64,000 nt of DNA from Eledone cirrhosa (GCA_964016885.1 OZ024742.1:75516001-75580000); one strand, 5' to 3'. Positions 10,747 through 25,335 are shown, numbered from the stretch's first letter. The notes: a model not told the origin generated them from the sequence alone. A program made the numbers and translations.

Positions 10747-12486
10747 ATATGATATGAGATTAAATTTCAATTAATTCTCGTTAAGGAAGTTTATCGTTTA
10801 GCCGGAAGAAATTCCATAATATATTTCCCGTGAGCTCTACTTCGGTGTACAGTTATTATTTAAACGTGTTTTACGTCAACTATTACAATCATTATTAAGG
10901 TACGATTGGTAACACCTTTCAAGTGCCTCTTCGATAGTAAACCTAATTTACTGATAAGGTAATCCTTCATGGTTAATAACTTATCAATAAGTTCTTCACT
11001 TATTCTGTAATTTAGTTGTATTAAAATGACTATATCCGAATTATAAATAAAGTAATTGAAAGTTTATAGGTCTCTCTCTAAAGTATTCTATTCGATATTA
11101 GTGTTGTGTAGCTCATAGTAAGCAGTAATCAATCGCTGATATGATCAAAGGCGTTCAAGCTGATTTGTTTGCAAATCAGGGACTACACCTTCCAATTTAT
11201 ATATGTATATTTAACATTCTTTTCTGGTGATTGGCTATGTATATGTAACAAGTAGACCCACCACATAGAGACGTTATCATTAGCTCATGTATTATCTGTA
11301 TAGTGGAAAAAAGAAATATTTCCTTTGGGGACATATATTCTAGCGTAGATCAATTTAAAGCTGGTCGAAATCCAGCATGTTATTGTGATAACAATATACG
11401 GGATTCCATGTTTATATATCTCTTATAAAGGAATCATCATATCTATATGTGAATTAGAAAATTTGGTTCGTGTTGAATTCAATTTACTTTAGGTCAGAAC
11501 TTGATGGTAATATATCTTTCAATTTGAATTCGCATATCAATAAAGTTATATGCATATTGTACATCACTATCATATTTCCACCGTAATATATTCCAACAAC
11601 CGAACGGTATTGTTACGTCTGTCTGCGTTTAACACAGGAATCAGAGGCAATACCGATGCTTAGTAATTCCAAGGTTATTATAATTGATCTCAGAAAAAAA
11701 ATAATTATCTCTTTATCTTTATGAAATTTTGCTCGTTTTTAAGTTAATCAATCAGCCAATCTCTGTTGAAGTCGAATTGAAATCTGTTACACGAAAAATG
11801 TAGCCTAAATTTATATAAAATTATATAGAATCACACCTCATGCCTGGTCTACCCGCAAGGTTCTATATATCAGGGACTTCCTAGTGTAAGACGGCAAAGT
11901 GTAAATTAAGGAAAATGTGTCTGTTATTTCTTGCATATCAATGATCACTTAGAGTTTCTGTAGTGGCAACACATCACTCTTTCTATATTGGAGTCTATAA
12001 TAACTAGTTATGCAAAATACATTTATAAGTCTTCTAATTATAAAGTACAATGGCAGGCAGTGAAGACCAATCGTAATCACAAACATGTTTATCTACATCA
12101 CTTTTCTGTTATATTTACAGAGTGGCTATTATCTATTTTGAATCCCACTCAATAAATAAATAAATAAATCAATAAATAAATTTAAAAAAGTGGAAGCATC
12201 ATCCTGAAAATTATTGCGAAATTAAACATAATAATTTCATATTACTCCCAACAAATAAGATATATGTCTATAACAACAAAATCATTTACTGCCAATCGCA
12301 TATATTTCATCTACGTATACATATGATATTGCAGAAAATTGTAAGACTATTATCTATACAGAAATTAATGGACGAATATATTTTACATAATACTATCTCG
12401 TCTCTGTGTCCGTTGTTGAAAACAAACAGCAATAACATGATGGAACACAGAATAAAGAATGGAACACCGTTTCTCAAAGAGAGAAA

Positions 12487-12490
<4 letters not shown>

Positions 12491-12578
<88 letters not shown>
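12491..12578. repeat. (GA)n microsatellite
   Basis: Direct reading. Confidence 0.95.
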
Positions 12579-12582
<4 letters not shown>

Positions 12583-13292
12583 ATCCAAAGTTGATTATGA
12601 AATCTCTAACGTGGAAACTGAATTTATTATGACTTCAAATGAAAAAAATAAGTATATTTGCTTTGATTATTTAAAGAGATAAATGCTAACTATCGGATGT
12701 ATCGAGGAAAATATGCCATCACTATGAATATATCTAGATAAAAATTATTTTATACAAAATACTACAGCACTTATGCAGTCAGAAATCAATGGAACTTTAT
12801 GAACATTATGCAAATATATGGACAGTGATCGTATGTAGATAATATCGAACATGGGAGCTCTGTTTTTGTCTTTGTTATTTATCTAAAAATGAAGTTATTA
12901 ATGTTCTGATGAGATTCACTTCAACCATGTAGCATGTTAGTTTTAAGTGGAGCCATATCGTGAACTTCTATCCGTTCATACTCACGAGCTTTTGCCCTTG
13001 ATCAATGATTACAATTTCCAGCATATCTAATTCGTTAACAGGTTTGCAGTGGATTCAATATTATAAATACAACAAATTTACATGCATCCTATACATAAAA
13101 TATGCATTCATTATCTGAAGGGGTTATAAGCAAAAATACTACAAACATTTTCCAACAATTTTTTTTGTTGATATTATACATAAAAATTGTATATAAAATT
13201 TCATATAAAACCTCTTTTAGGAAATGTGCAGACGAATGCACGCACACACCCACAAACACACATACACACACACACACATATATATAAATGTG

Positions 13293-13394
<102 letters not shown>

Positions 13395-13399
13395 TAGTA

Positions 13400-16300
13400 A
13401 TAATAATAAATTTGAAGACTAAAATCCAAAGAGGGCTCGATAAGGATAAATATATATCAAATATATAAGAACCGTAGATCAAATATTTATTAAAATAACA
13501 GATTAAAGTTTAAGCAAATAATCGCTGCTTTCACCCATAACGGGATCTTCCGAAACTAACAAAGTCAATCTGTGAACGCAGAAGTGAATATTTCAAAAAA
13601 CGTTGCAACCGGAGGAAGACAGGAAGACGATACTTTGGTTCGTGGAAACGTTCCCTGGCAAAGAACGGGAAAAAACGAATATAATACGTCATTATTTGGA
13701 GCGGTGAAAAACAATTACACGCAAAGACAAAACCACGTTTTTGGTGTAAAAGCAGTCGTAGACTAATATTCTATTAGGTGGTTCATAGAGACGTTTTCTG
13801 GCAATGAATGGAAAAAACGAAGATAATACGTCATATGTGGAGGGGGGAGAACGATTGCACGCAAAGTCAAAACCACGTAAATGGTATATGATTCTCGGCT
13901 TCAGAGTTAAGAAAGTAAATAAAATACAGAGGTAATTGAAATTAAATAAATACATACACGCATTCATATACGTACATACACGAGCAAAGGCGAAAACACT
14001 CGCCATAGGTATACAAATATACGCACGTACACACAAAAAACAACCAAAAAAGCCCACACGCACATACAGAACCCACGCAACGCCTGTACCCGCACATATA
14101 CGAATGTATACACCAAATACACATAAAAATATATATAAAAAATATATATATATATATATATGTGTGTTTGTGTGTGTGTATACATATAATGAAATAAACG
14201 TATATAAATAAATAAATACGTATATAACAAGCGCACACAGATACCTACATGTAAATACACATATGTTCAGAGACGTACATCAACCAAAACACGAAGTACA
14301 CATATACACACACTCTACATACGTACAAACTCTTGTATACACATAAGCAAAAGCATATGTACCAGAATATATAATATATACGCCATAACATATACAATCA
14401 ATATACGTACGAGAAAGTATACGTACCTTCACAAAACATACAGGTCATATATACTTACCTATACAAATAAGTAATGGTATAAACATAACATATACTTACC
14501 TACCACAGCAAGACGTAAAATATCCGCGTATAGTTCGTACTATCCGTTAGGGTATAATGTGAGGCTGTAATACAGGAAAGTGTTGTGCAATTTATGTTTA
14601 CAAGCCGAAATCTCCTCAGATTTTTTGGCGTAGAGTATTTCCAGAGCCTCAGCTGCGCAGAGGTCCCATCGTCTTTTATTTCCGTTATTCGATCTAGCCC
14701 ATAGCTAGGATCTCCCAGTATAATTTATATTGGGTGTGGTTGTCTTTTAGACTCCATATATAAGCTGAAAGTGACGTCATATTCCTTATTAAAGGGTAAC
14801 GAAAAGAATGGGTATGCATGTAAAGACGCTGCTTGAATATATTGGCGGTTAAGCCTATGTAGGCCCTACGGGACGTGGGTATTTCAACCATACATTTGTA
14901 GACAATGCTACTAGAGAGGCAGCCAACCCGATTCCTACAATTACAGTTAGTACTAACTACAGAGTTGCACATGTTCCCACGGCTAGGTAGTTTAGCTAAA
15001 TTTGAAGCTGTGATGTTATGTGCAAGGTTAGGAGTCGTAGAGTAAGACATTTTAATAGTATTTCTATTATAAATTTTTTTATATTTATGTCTAGGGGGAA
15101 AATGTTTCATAATAAGAGAGAGAAATATCTTAGCTAATGGTGTGGCCACCTCCAAATTATATGGTGTGTTACACCATATAATGCGTCGGGATCTATTTCT
15201 TCTATGTCTATTCTCGTACTCTCTATGCTACGTTATCGACAAATCCACTCCGAGCAAGAGTAATATGTGGAATGGTTGTTGAAAATATACTCGTTAGTAG
15301 ATAGACGCGAAGGCCTCAAAGAAACGTTTCTTACCAGGTTCTTGGTTATGCTGGCAGGATCGTTAGAATGCTTACTTATTTAATTAAGCGTATCATTCGG
15401 CTTTCTATACGGGTAATGCAAGCCATTCGATAAATTGAGGGTAACGTCGAGGTAATTAACGACCGAGTGGTTGGCATCAACCTGTATATTAACCTCCGCA
15501 GAAGCGCTGGCGCTCATACTCACGTCGAATGGGGTACTATTAGATTTTTTAATCCAAATAGAGTCGTCGAAATTAATCACCGACTTATGGGCATTGAGGA
15601 TGACATCAACTTCCAAATGTTTAACCACTGTGAGTGTTTTAGCGAAATTGATAGCTCTAACGAGAAGTGGTAAAGTGATGGAGGAGTAGTAATTATTGAT
15701 GTCGAATTGGATAAAACAGCAATGTTCCTTGTTGCATATGCCGTTGAACCAATCTATCACTGCGAAAGAATTGTTCCACAGTGCGAGAGGGGCCAAACTT
15801 ATAATTTCAGGTATAATTCTATCAGGAATCCTTTTACTAAGTATACCTAAATCGGACTTCGTAGAGTAAATAAGCCGAATAGAGGGGTTGTTCGGAAAAT
15901 TTGATTTGTGATCCTTCAGGGTAACGTGGGGAGAAATAGGGTCCCGAAGTTCAGTCCGATCCAGGATGTTCAGATCAGAGGTGATTTTAAACTCAGCATC
16001 GTTGATTTCATTAATGACGCTCCGATTAGTTTTACGGTAATCCTTAGTTACTGCATTATGTAGCAGTTGATGGTAAGTACTGCACTCCACTTGATTTAGA
16101 TTGACAGTTTTGTCGGAATGGACGTGCACGGCATTAGAATCCTTAATAGAACGAATTCTATTCTTCAGGTCCAACTGGAGGGAATTGCTCCTATTCCGAA
16201 ATTTGATACTCCGTATGAGTTCCAAGACATCATTTTCGAAGGATAGCAATGCTGGGTTACTCGGAGGGTTATTATAGGTTATATACACAAGTTTATCCTG

Positions 16301-16723
16301 TTTGTTGTCTGCTTTTCCCTGATTATCGAAATAAAAGGCACGCCAACGGAACTTTTTAATGAACGCGGCTGTTTTCTGTATCAGCAGTTTTAGGTATGTT
16401 TTCCTGCTTGGTACGGGTATTTTCTTTGTAGAAATATTCAGATGTTGTTTCTGCATGATGAATATAAGTCAATAGAGTGCTCAACCGAGGGGGACAAATA
16501 ATAATAATAATAAAGACTAAAATCCAAAGAGGGCTCGATAAGGATAAATATATATCAAATATATAAGAACCGTATGAGCAAATATTTCAAAGTATCGTCT
16601 TCCTGTCTTCCTCCGGTTAGAAAGTTTTTTGAAATATTCACTTCTGCGTCCACAGATTGACTTTGTTAGTTTCAGAAGATCCCGTTAAGGGTGAACGCAG
16701 CGATTCTTTGCTTAAACTTTAAT

Positions 16724-16725
<2 letters not shown>
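13400..16725 (-). mobile_element. Second Naiad-type Penelope-like element with direct and inverted pLTR parts
   Basis: aagactaaaatccaaagagggctcg...ccgta repeated at 13416 and 16513; about 16587-16720 is inverted relative to about 13503-13635; flanked by (TA)n. Confidence 0.85.
14560..16456 (-). pseudogene. PLE RT / GIY-YIG ORF, internally deleted (the YRDD region is missing) and frameshifted
   Basis: ORFs 15380-16456 (ISTKKIPVP, SDKT, FIQFDINNYY, YLDVTLNL) and 14694-15155 (NCNCR, VYKC..YIGLT, TSLSAYIW). Confidence 0.9.
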
Positions 16726-16773
<48 letters not shown>

Positions 16774-16779
16774 CTCTCT

Positions 16780-16870
<91 letters not shown>

Positions 16871-16923
16871 GTATATGTGTGTGCGTGTGTGGGTGTGTGG
16901 GTGTGGGTGTGTGAGAGAGAGTA

Positions 16924-16959
<36 letters not shown>

Positions 16960-17080
16960 GTGAAGGCGTGTGGCTGAGTAGTTAGAGAATTGGATTCACA
17001 ATCTTGAGGTTGTGAGTTCGATTCTTGGAACGGGCGATGCGTTATATCCTTGAGCAAGACACTTTATTTCACGTTGCTCC
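16960..17080 (+). mobile_element. tRNA-derived SINE with CORE-like segment, truncated
   Basis: A box tggctgagtagtt, B box gttcgattc, then ccttgagcaagacacttt. Confidence 0.7.
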
Positions 17081-17165
17081 TTCTACCTGGAGTTGCAACC
17101 AATAGATAGTACTAGCAACTGGAAAGACCGACGGTCCGATTTGAAGAAGTTCGATCGGTAAAAAA

Positions 17166-17203
<38 letters not shown>

Positions 17204-17207
17204 TTGT

Positions 17208-17596
17208 ACGATAAATGGGAAAAAATGAAACGAAATTTCATTCTCACTCTTAGTACGGCTGTTACTTAAATATAAGTATGTATGCGTACATACATATATG
17301 TATACAGACTTACTTTCAGACGTTCAATCATCTGGCAGGAAGGTATACGGTGCTGACGATAGCTAATAATCTTGAAACTAGTACATCGTTCCTTTGCAGT
17401 GTTGAACAAAAGGGCAACGATGGTTGCTAAACACTGTACAGCTTAATTCGGGATGTTTGTTTACAAACAAACCGAGCATTATAATAAATGTTCGGTGAAT
17501 CCATACATACATATATATATGTGTGCAAGTATGTATATATATATACATACTAATGTACGTCTGTATACATATATGTATGTACGTATACATACTTAT
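17208..17596 (+). mobile_element. Second copy of the 6131 HHR cassette with a 5' inversion
   Basis: 17208-17309 matches 6131-6220 in the same orientation; 17311-17596 matches the reverse complement of about 6185-6470. Confidence 0.8.
17348..17388 (+). ncRNA. Minimal type I hammerhead ribozyme (stem II partly decayed)
   Basis: cggtg-CTGACGA-tagctaataatctt-GAAA-ctag-TA-catcg. Confidence 0.75.
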
Positions 17597-17679
17597 ATAT
17601 ATATATATATGTACGTATATTCATTAAAATAAACACCAAAGCAATCAACAGCCACCAGTTACAGAAAATGTTTACATTT

Positions 17680-18990
17680 TAAAAGGGGAAATGACGCCAT
17701 TATATATAGAAAATGATGTTGTTAAATTATTCTTAATCAGCTTCAGAGTGAGTTAGAATACATCTACACAAAATTCTTTAAAGAATATAACTTAACAGTT
17801 GCAATTGATAATAATAATAGGGTTGTTGTTAATTTCTTAGATGTCAGTTTACACCTAAATGATCAATCTCTCCAACCATACCATAAACCTTTATTAATTG
17901 TTATCATTTCTAATAGAATAAGCTCACTTTCGGCAAATTTTGATGTTTTTTTATCAGAATAGTAATTACAATAATGAGGCCTTACATATATTAGGATATA
18001 ATGAAAAAATAAAATATAACGCTACTGATAAGAAACCTTATAATAAGGTCTATACTTTTAAATGTACATCTCGAAAGAATCGCAATAAACTTACATATGG
18101 TTTTTATAATAATAGGAAGAAAATTAATAATAAGAATTCTATGACTAAAACTGACATTTCGTCTATACAAAACTATTAACCTTAAAAATGACAACTTTAA
18201 ACGAAATTTAGTAGATAGATGATACACTGTCGTGTAATTATAAGGTAAGGCATAAATTAAGAAGAAAAAAATGTATTTGGTATAATCCTCCATTCGATAT
18301 TCAGATCGCTTGTATACCTAGTTATTCTTTGATATAGTGGATAAGAATGTTCCCCCCAACTATAGATATTATAAGATATTAAATAAAAATAATGTGAAAT
18401 TATCCTTTTCTACAACCTCCAAGCTGCAGACTATATAGCAATGAACAATAAAAAAAACTTAATTCCTTTAGAGTAAATAGTAGATATTTAACTAATACTG
18501 AATCCTCTAGAAATAATGTAGGTATTATTAGTACCACTAATAATATTAATAGCAATAATATCCTGGTTGACAATAATACTATTAATGAATGTATTTCTAC
18601 TCTTAATATCGCAAATGAAACACTCACTAATCTTGATAATAATTACATTCTTAATGGTAGTTATACTGATACTTGGAATAATGATAATATTGTTAACAAC
18701 AATGTAAACACCTAAATCAATTGTAGGGCTTCTAGAATCGATATTGATTTTAGTGATCTTCATAAAACTAGGTATACCACTAACATTTTTGATGGTGGTG
18801 ATCATAACATGGGTATATTCAATGGGAATAGTCGACCTTTAGTGACTACATGTAGTTGTAGAATTCCTAATAATTGCCCATTTGGAGGTAAATGTCTTAA
18901 GACTAATGTTGTTTATAGATGAGATTTCAACTAGTCATAATTGTTTTAATTATATAGGGGTTACTGCCAATAAATTAAAATTGGATTATA
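17680..18990 (+). pseudogene. Heavily decayed Naiad-type PLE RT/GIY-YIG fragment
   Basis: VVNFLDVSLHL..PYHKP, WYNPPF, CSCRIPNNCPFGGKCL..VVYR, YIGVTAN remnants. Confidence 0.75.
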
Positions 18991-19263
18991 TATATATTGT
19001 TAATAACTCCCTCTGGTCGAGCAATCTTTGAAGTGTGGGGACTGCTGGAAAGCTTCCATTACTCATACTTCTCGCCTCCTTCACCACCTCTTCTACGGCT
19101 TCGATATAAATACCCCCTCCGCCTCCGTGGTATTTTCTTCGGGGTTATAAGAGGCTTAGCTCTGTTTCTCGACCGTTATATCGCGTGACTATCTCCCCCT
19201 CCGCCTTTTGGGATTCTTTCTCACGTCGTCTAGACGCGTTCTTGAAACTAGTAAACTGAGGTA

Positions 19264-19353
19264 TCCTCTTGATAAGTCGGCAGACCTCGCAGGGACTCTA
19301 TATCTTTATGATGTATTGTTTTTGTTTATGCCACGAAACTACGTAGTCGAGGA
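19264..19353 (+). ncRNA. Hammerhead ribozyme with U3-A8 covariant core (TTGATAA)
   Basis: tcctc-TTGATAA-gt(c)ggca...tgccac-GAAA-ctacgtag-TC-gagga; perfect 5-bp stem I. Confidence 0.7.
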
Positions 19354-19422
19354 ATCTAGGAGCAGTTTAGGTATGATACATTTTATTACTAATTATATCT
19401 AAATGTTTCTTCTCTCTTCATA

Positions 19423-19469
<47 letters not shown>

Positions 19470-19475
<6 letters not shown>

Positions 19476-20294
19476 TATAAAGTTGTATTCCTGTCTGTTT
19501 GTTTACGAACTACTCCTATGATTCTAGAGATAGACCCCATAACCATAAATATTCTGAAACTACATTGCCCTGGGTACTTGGATAAGTATATTTCATTTTA
19601 ATCAAAGTATTCCCTGGGGGCACAAAACTCCCGCTGAAAACCATCGGTGAACACTTTTTCCCTTCGCTTTATATGAAATTTAAAACATAGGTAAATGAAT
19701 GATGCCTATTCACAAGATTTCAGCAAATTTTAATAATATTAAGACACCCTAATGGGGTTAAACCCCCTATTTTAACCCGCATTAGAGTTCCCTGGGGTCA
19801 CAAATCCCCGCTGAAAATGTGTTCCCCTCGATTTATATGAAATTTAAACCATACGTAAATGACAAGATATGATGCCTATTCTCAAAATATCAGCAAATTT
19901 CAATAATTCTAAGACACACTAATGGGGGTCAAACCCCTTATAAGGGTTCCTCTGAGACACAGACCCCTGCTGAAAATGTTTTCCTTTCGATTTATATGAA
20001 ATTTAAACCATAGGCAAATGACAAAATATGATGCATATTCACAAAAGTTTTGAATTGATATTTTGAGAAAAGTTATTTACAAGAAACAAAATAAGAATAA
20101 GATTTAATAATGTAATTTTGATTTGATATATTACAAAAGATAATGTTTTCCAATTTTTCATGGATTACATTTTACTGAGTAATATTGAAATGCAGAGTTT
20201 TTCTCCATAAATTATATCAGTGATTTAAAATCAATCATCATTTTCTTACAAAAAAAAATGTATGAAACGCAACAAGGCGCGGGTAATTCGTATA

Positions 20295-20296
<2 letters not shown>
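19470..20296 (+). mobile_element. Non-autonomous Helitron-like element with internal tandem repeats
   Basis: 5' tatataaagttgtattcctgtctgtttg; about 175-bp internal repeats (ccgctgaaaa...tatatgaaattt); decayed GC-rich 3' hairpin near 20268-20296. Confidence 0.5.
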
Positions 20297-20353
<57 letters not shown>

Positions 20354-20354
20354 C

Positions 20355-20990
20355 ATATATGAATAAAAAATGGTGAGCTGTGTTGCAATTAAGTATAATA
20401 AATGAAGAATTAGAAATAGAGGTTAGGAATATCCATCATCAGTTGTCTACTAGACCTCATAGGTATTTCTTCGCATTACAGACATACCTCCAGCTAGGGC
20501 GATACAATAACTAAAATAAGTTATTAGGATAAAAGGAGTTGGGTGGAGAAAGAGAAAGACATGTAAACAGACACGAATGGTGAGGCAACATAAAGAGAGG
20601 AAAACATTAAAAAATCAAGTCATTAATTCATTTCGAACATAAGAACAGGCGAATTTTGATTAGGAGATAAAGACACATCTTAGCCATACGGATGTGAGCG
20701 AGAAAAAGGATCGCGTATGGTGTGGGACGATGGAGGAACTGAGAGAGATGGTGAGTAGCAGAGAGTGAGTGAGTGAAAGTGCGAGGAAGAGGCTAGCCGA
20801 GAGAGCGTGACTAGCAGAGGAGGTGAGTGAAAGTAAGAGGGAGAATGAGAGAGAAGGGGCAGAGAGGAAGAGGATAGTAGTAAGGGAAGAGAAAAAGACA
20901 GGTCAGAGCGAAGGCGAAAGCTTATATGAATAAAAAATGGCAAGCTGTGTTGTTGTAATTAAGTATAATAAATGAAGAATTAGAAATAGA
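20355..20990. repeat. 567-bp non-coding unit with about 65-bp terminal direct repeat next to (TA)n
   Basis: gaataaaaaatgg..agctgtgttg...tagaaataga at 20361 and 20928; decayed CTGATGA on the minus strand at 20436-20442. Confidence 0.7.
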
Positions 20991-21221
20991 AGTGCATATC
21001 GAAATAAATGTGTGTTTTTGGTAGTTTGGAAAGAAAAATATTATCATTTGGGGCGGGAGGAAGCATGCACCCCTCCCCCAGTTCCAACGCTCCTGTACAT
21101 ATATATAAATATATATATAGAATTTTAAAACTCGGTAGCCTTTCCTAAGGGGTTAATATATCGAACTTCTTCACATTCGGTAATAAACTGGTATTATACC
21201 TAATTTATTAATCTCCTATAT

Positions 21222-21425
21222 ATATCACCTTGATCACCTTCACCGACCAGTCTGTCGGGCGTCCATTCGGCACCGCTGGTCACAGCACGCCGTCCATTCC
21301 TCTCTGGATCGTGCTTTCCTCATCCATGTAGTCCCAATCGTATTCCTAAAATCGTAACTCCACCCTCGTGGAGGCCTTCCGAGTGGTCGTTTCCGCTCGC
21401 ACGGGTACCACTCGGCAACTGTGCC
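21222..21425 (-). mobile_element. 3' end of an RTE-clade LINE
   Basis: WYPCERKRPLGRPPRGW..D...TTWMRKARSREEW C-terminal motif; short tandem tail (tcaccttga). Confidence 0.75.
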
Positions 21426-21934
21426 ATATATATATATATACATTCATTTCTTAGGGCACTCACAGGGTAACCAGCCTTGTCTGATGATCTGTGAGTACGC
21501 AGGTGCGACTCCAAAGTAAAAAGGCTCATAAATGAATATTTAAACTTTACTTCGGTATTGAGTTTACATTCTTACGTCCGTCAATAATTCCCGTATACTG
21601 AGGTTTTGAATAATCATCATGAGCCCCCTCACCCCACCACGCATATTAATCTTTAAGATTTTTTCCAACCTCCCCGTTCTTACCCCTCCGCGGTTATTAA
21701 CTTTTGCTAATCTATCTCCGGCAACATTTTATTGTAAGTGAGTCATATTGATATAACAGCTGGAGAATCTAATAAATTATTTTATTTTACATTAAAAAAA
21801 AAACATTATATGCGACAAAAAAATAACATTACAAGAAATCCCATATTTATGAACATACACTAAACCATTGCCAATTTTCCAACACCCCTCCCTTTTCCCA
21901 CCCCTCCTATTATTTGGAACTCGAGAGTACCACG

Positions 21935-24096
21935 AAACTCTCATCCTCTCTATGTCTATCACGAAAAACTCTCTTTTAAAGCCTCTCTTTGTATGCACTA
22001 AAATCAAAATCTCGCCCTCTCTATATCTACCACGACACCGCCTCTCTATATCTAACACTTATACACTCACCCTTCTTAATAAATATCTACACTAATTTAT
22101 CTCAATCACGCTCCCTATATTTACTAAACGGCACTCTCCCATTATACCCCTCTGTATATCTACAGCCACCAAATTCTCCCCCTTTCTATATCTAATACTA
22201 GCATTAAAGCCCGGCGTTGCTCGGGGTCATTAAGTTACCAAAGTTAGGTTGCACCACCCATTTTATGGCAGCACTTTTTTGTCTGCCAGGCACTGGTTGA
22301 ATGAATTGCAGACCTGGAACCATGAGCTGCGCCAGCAGTGACAATTGTAGTTTCGCCTATGGATATTATCTCTGTGCAAAAAAGTGTTGAAATTTATTGT
22401 TTCACAATACTTGCGCAACACGCGCGTAGACGATGCCAGCCGAACAACAGAGCTGCGATGGAGTTGTTCTGCATGGTTGTCTGTGTGTTTTCTAAATTTA
22501 AGACAGTAGGGAGGGTTGTGATATGAGGGAGAGTTAGCTGTTGTTTCTAGCAGGTTTAGTGACCTCATAGACGATATGTGTTTTCTAAATTTAAGACAGT
22601 AGGGAGTGGTGTGATATGGGGGAGAGTTAGCTGCTGTTTCTAGCAGGTTTAGTAACCTCATAAAGGATATGTGTTTTCTAAATTTAAGACAGTAGGGAGT
22701 GGTGTGAACGGACAGTATCACCATCAAGCTTGGAAAGAGAAACTAGCAGAAGTATGAAGTTGTATATATTTTGAATGGTAGTAGAAAGAGTTCAGCAGTT
22801 TAAATGAGTGAGAAAAATCGTAAAATATTGAGTTTTATCTATTTTTTGCGTAATTTTGGGTGAAATTGAAAAAGTTATCTGCGTCAAGACGCAATCGAAA
22901 CTATTTCGAATGATGAATTGTAAATTTCAATTGAAGAAATTCTATATCGTAGATTTCTATAACGAAGGAGCATGACCACACACTGAGCTTTATAGATTAT
23001 GATACAAAACACTCTCCCAATCCACCTCTTTATATCAATAATCTCCACGCCCCCCTCACCATCTCTACCACACTCTCTTGTAATCTTTCTCTCTCTATCC
23101 ATCACAAACATACCTCCTCTATATCTTTAACGACAATATTGCATCCAGTCCCCCTCTATATGTTTAGCAATATTTATCTCTCCGAACGCCCTCATTATAT
23201 CTACAAGCATTGAAATCTACCCCTCTCTATATCTACTAGATGACTCTCCCTCTCGCAATCCCCTGCTCTATATCTACCATACAAAACTCTCTCCTACCCT
23301 TTCTCTATAACAATTATCACCAAATTCTACCCCTCTCTATATCTACAACACGGAACGCTCTTTCAATTCTCCTCTCCATGTCAATAAATATCACCCCCCT
23401 CTCTATATCTAATATACAACAGACTCTTCCAACCAACCTCACTATATCAATTACCACTAAACTATCTTCCTCTCTATATCTGCCATACAACACTCTCTCT
23501 CATTCTCTCTCACTATCCATCACTACCACACTCTCCCTCTCTCTATATCTATCAATACCTATCTCTGTCAATCCTCTCACTCTATTCATTAACACAAAAC
23601 TATCACCCCTCTCTACATCAACCATACAACACTTTCGCCCAATCCCTCTCTCTATATCAAGTAACACCAAACTTTCCCCCTCTCTATATCTACTACACGG
23701 AACTCTCTTCTAATAACCCTCTCTATATCAATTACCACCTAACTATCCCCCTCTCTATATCTAGCATACAACACTCTTTCTCATTCCCTCTCCTCTATCC
23801 ATAACTACCAAACTCTCACTCTCTTTATATCTATAAATATCTATCTCTATCAATCCTTTCACTCTATTCATTAGCACACAATTCTCCCCTTCTCTACATC
23901 AACCATACAACACTTTCCCCCAATTTCCCTCTCTATATAAAATAGGACCAAACTCTCCACTTCTCTATATCTACGACACGGAACTCTCTTCCAATCCCTC
24001 TCTATATATCATGTAACACCAAACTCAAACTCTCCCCCTCTCTGTATCTACTACTCAGAACTCTCTTCCAATCCTCATCTCTATATCAATTACCAC
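21935..24096. repeat. Degenerate ctctctatatc-rich minisatellite, interrupted by a Helitron and continuing at 29776-29955
   Basis: Recurrent (c)ctctctatatc(t/a)a units about every 30-35 bp. Confidence 0.75.
22198..22996 (-). mobile_element. Non-autonomous Helitron
   Basis: Minus strand: 5' TC, 3' hairpin cccgagcaacgccggg then CTAG, inserted between A and T; internal repeats of about 90 bp. Confidence 0.8.
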
Positions 24097-24292
24097 TTGA
24101 TATAGACGTGATTTACTTTGCTCCGGATTTTTACGGATTGTTGTCAAAAAAACTGTGAGTTTATTGCTCAATTTAATAACATTGTTTAGTTTAACCCCTT
24201 GCCTGGGCCGTTAGACGTTTAGTCAACTAATTTTCGCCCATTTCTGGGGCGAAATTTTCAATTTTCATCTAAAAACTGTAGACTTGGTGGCA

Positions 24293-25278
24293 ATGGATGC
24301 CATTTCCACCTCGCACACTGTCGTGAGTGCCACACCCACTAAGAAAAGTGGTGGAGGGAAGGTAGGAGTACAAAGCTTGCAGCCTCCCCCTCCTCGCATC
24401 ATCGAAAAACGTGAAAAATATCGAAACCACGAAACCAAACCCGGTAAATAATACCAGCACCAACAACAAGAACAATGACAATAACACCACAACCAACAAC
24501 TGCAACAATAGCAACACCAATATTACCAACAGTGACAGTAACAAAAAAGACAACAACACCAAAACAACATTCGCACAGACCGTAAAAAAAACGAACTATA
24601 CACGCCAATAGACATAACAAATGCTAAACAACTATTACAAGACGCAAAACAATTCGTGACTTTTGGCGAAAACGGTGCTTTTAGCATCAATTCTCCACAG
24701 GAATTACGTGGTTTTCAGGACAATATCGAACGAAACAAGAAAACCAGCTCAATTATCACAAAATGAAGTTGAGCTGGTTCTAAAAGATGCAATGAAGGAC
24801 TTAACCTTCATACAAAAAGGTAAACTGTTTGGTAGCATTTCGGTGCTAATGAACAACCAGTCAACAGCTCAAAAGTACTCGGTAGCACCCATTGTGTCCC
24901 CCCGCTTCACCTTTTACCCCACATACAGGGGAAAAAGGACACAAAGAATAAAAATAATGAGTATCACACCAAATGTAAATATTTGGTGGATACTATGTGG
25001 AATAATTAACTTTGACGAAGATAAGATAATTTCAATAGCAAAGTCCTTCGGAGGTGTATTTGGTGGGACCACCGTAGAAGTTCTGGTGCAAATGAGCCCA
25101 GAACGAATAGCGAATATCCCACAACGCGTGCCTCTGTACGAGCTAACTTATATAAACATTTCAGTGGAGAGAAGGCGGCCGTCATGTTACCACTGCTTAA
25201 GCAGGGGTCACCTGAGGCTGCCTGTCCTCAATTAACGAGTAAAAAAAAAAGGCTCTTCTGCCAACCACAACCACCACC

Positions 25279-25335
<57 letters not shown>

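Noticed and set aside
12905-12970. CTGATGA at 12906
   Set aside because: No correctly placed GAAA or closing stem I
22480-22710. Regular repeats of about 90 bp that might suggest a CRISPR-like array
   Set aside because: They are whole-unit tandem repeats with no unique spacers, inside a Helitron in eukaryotic DNA
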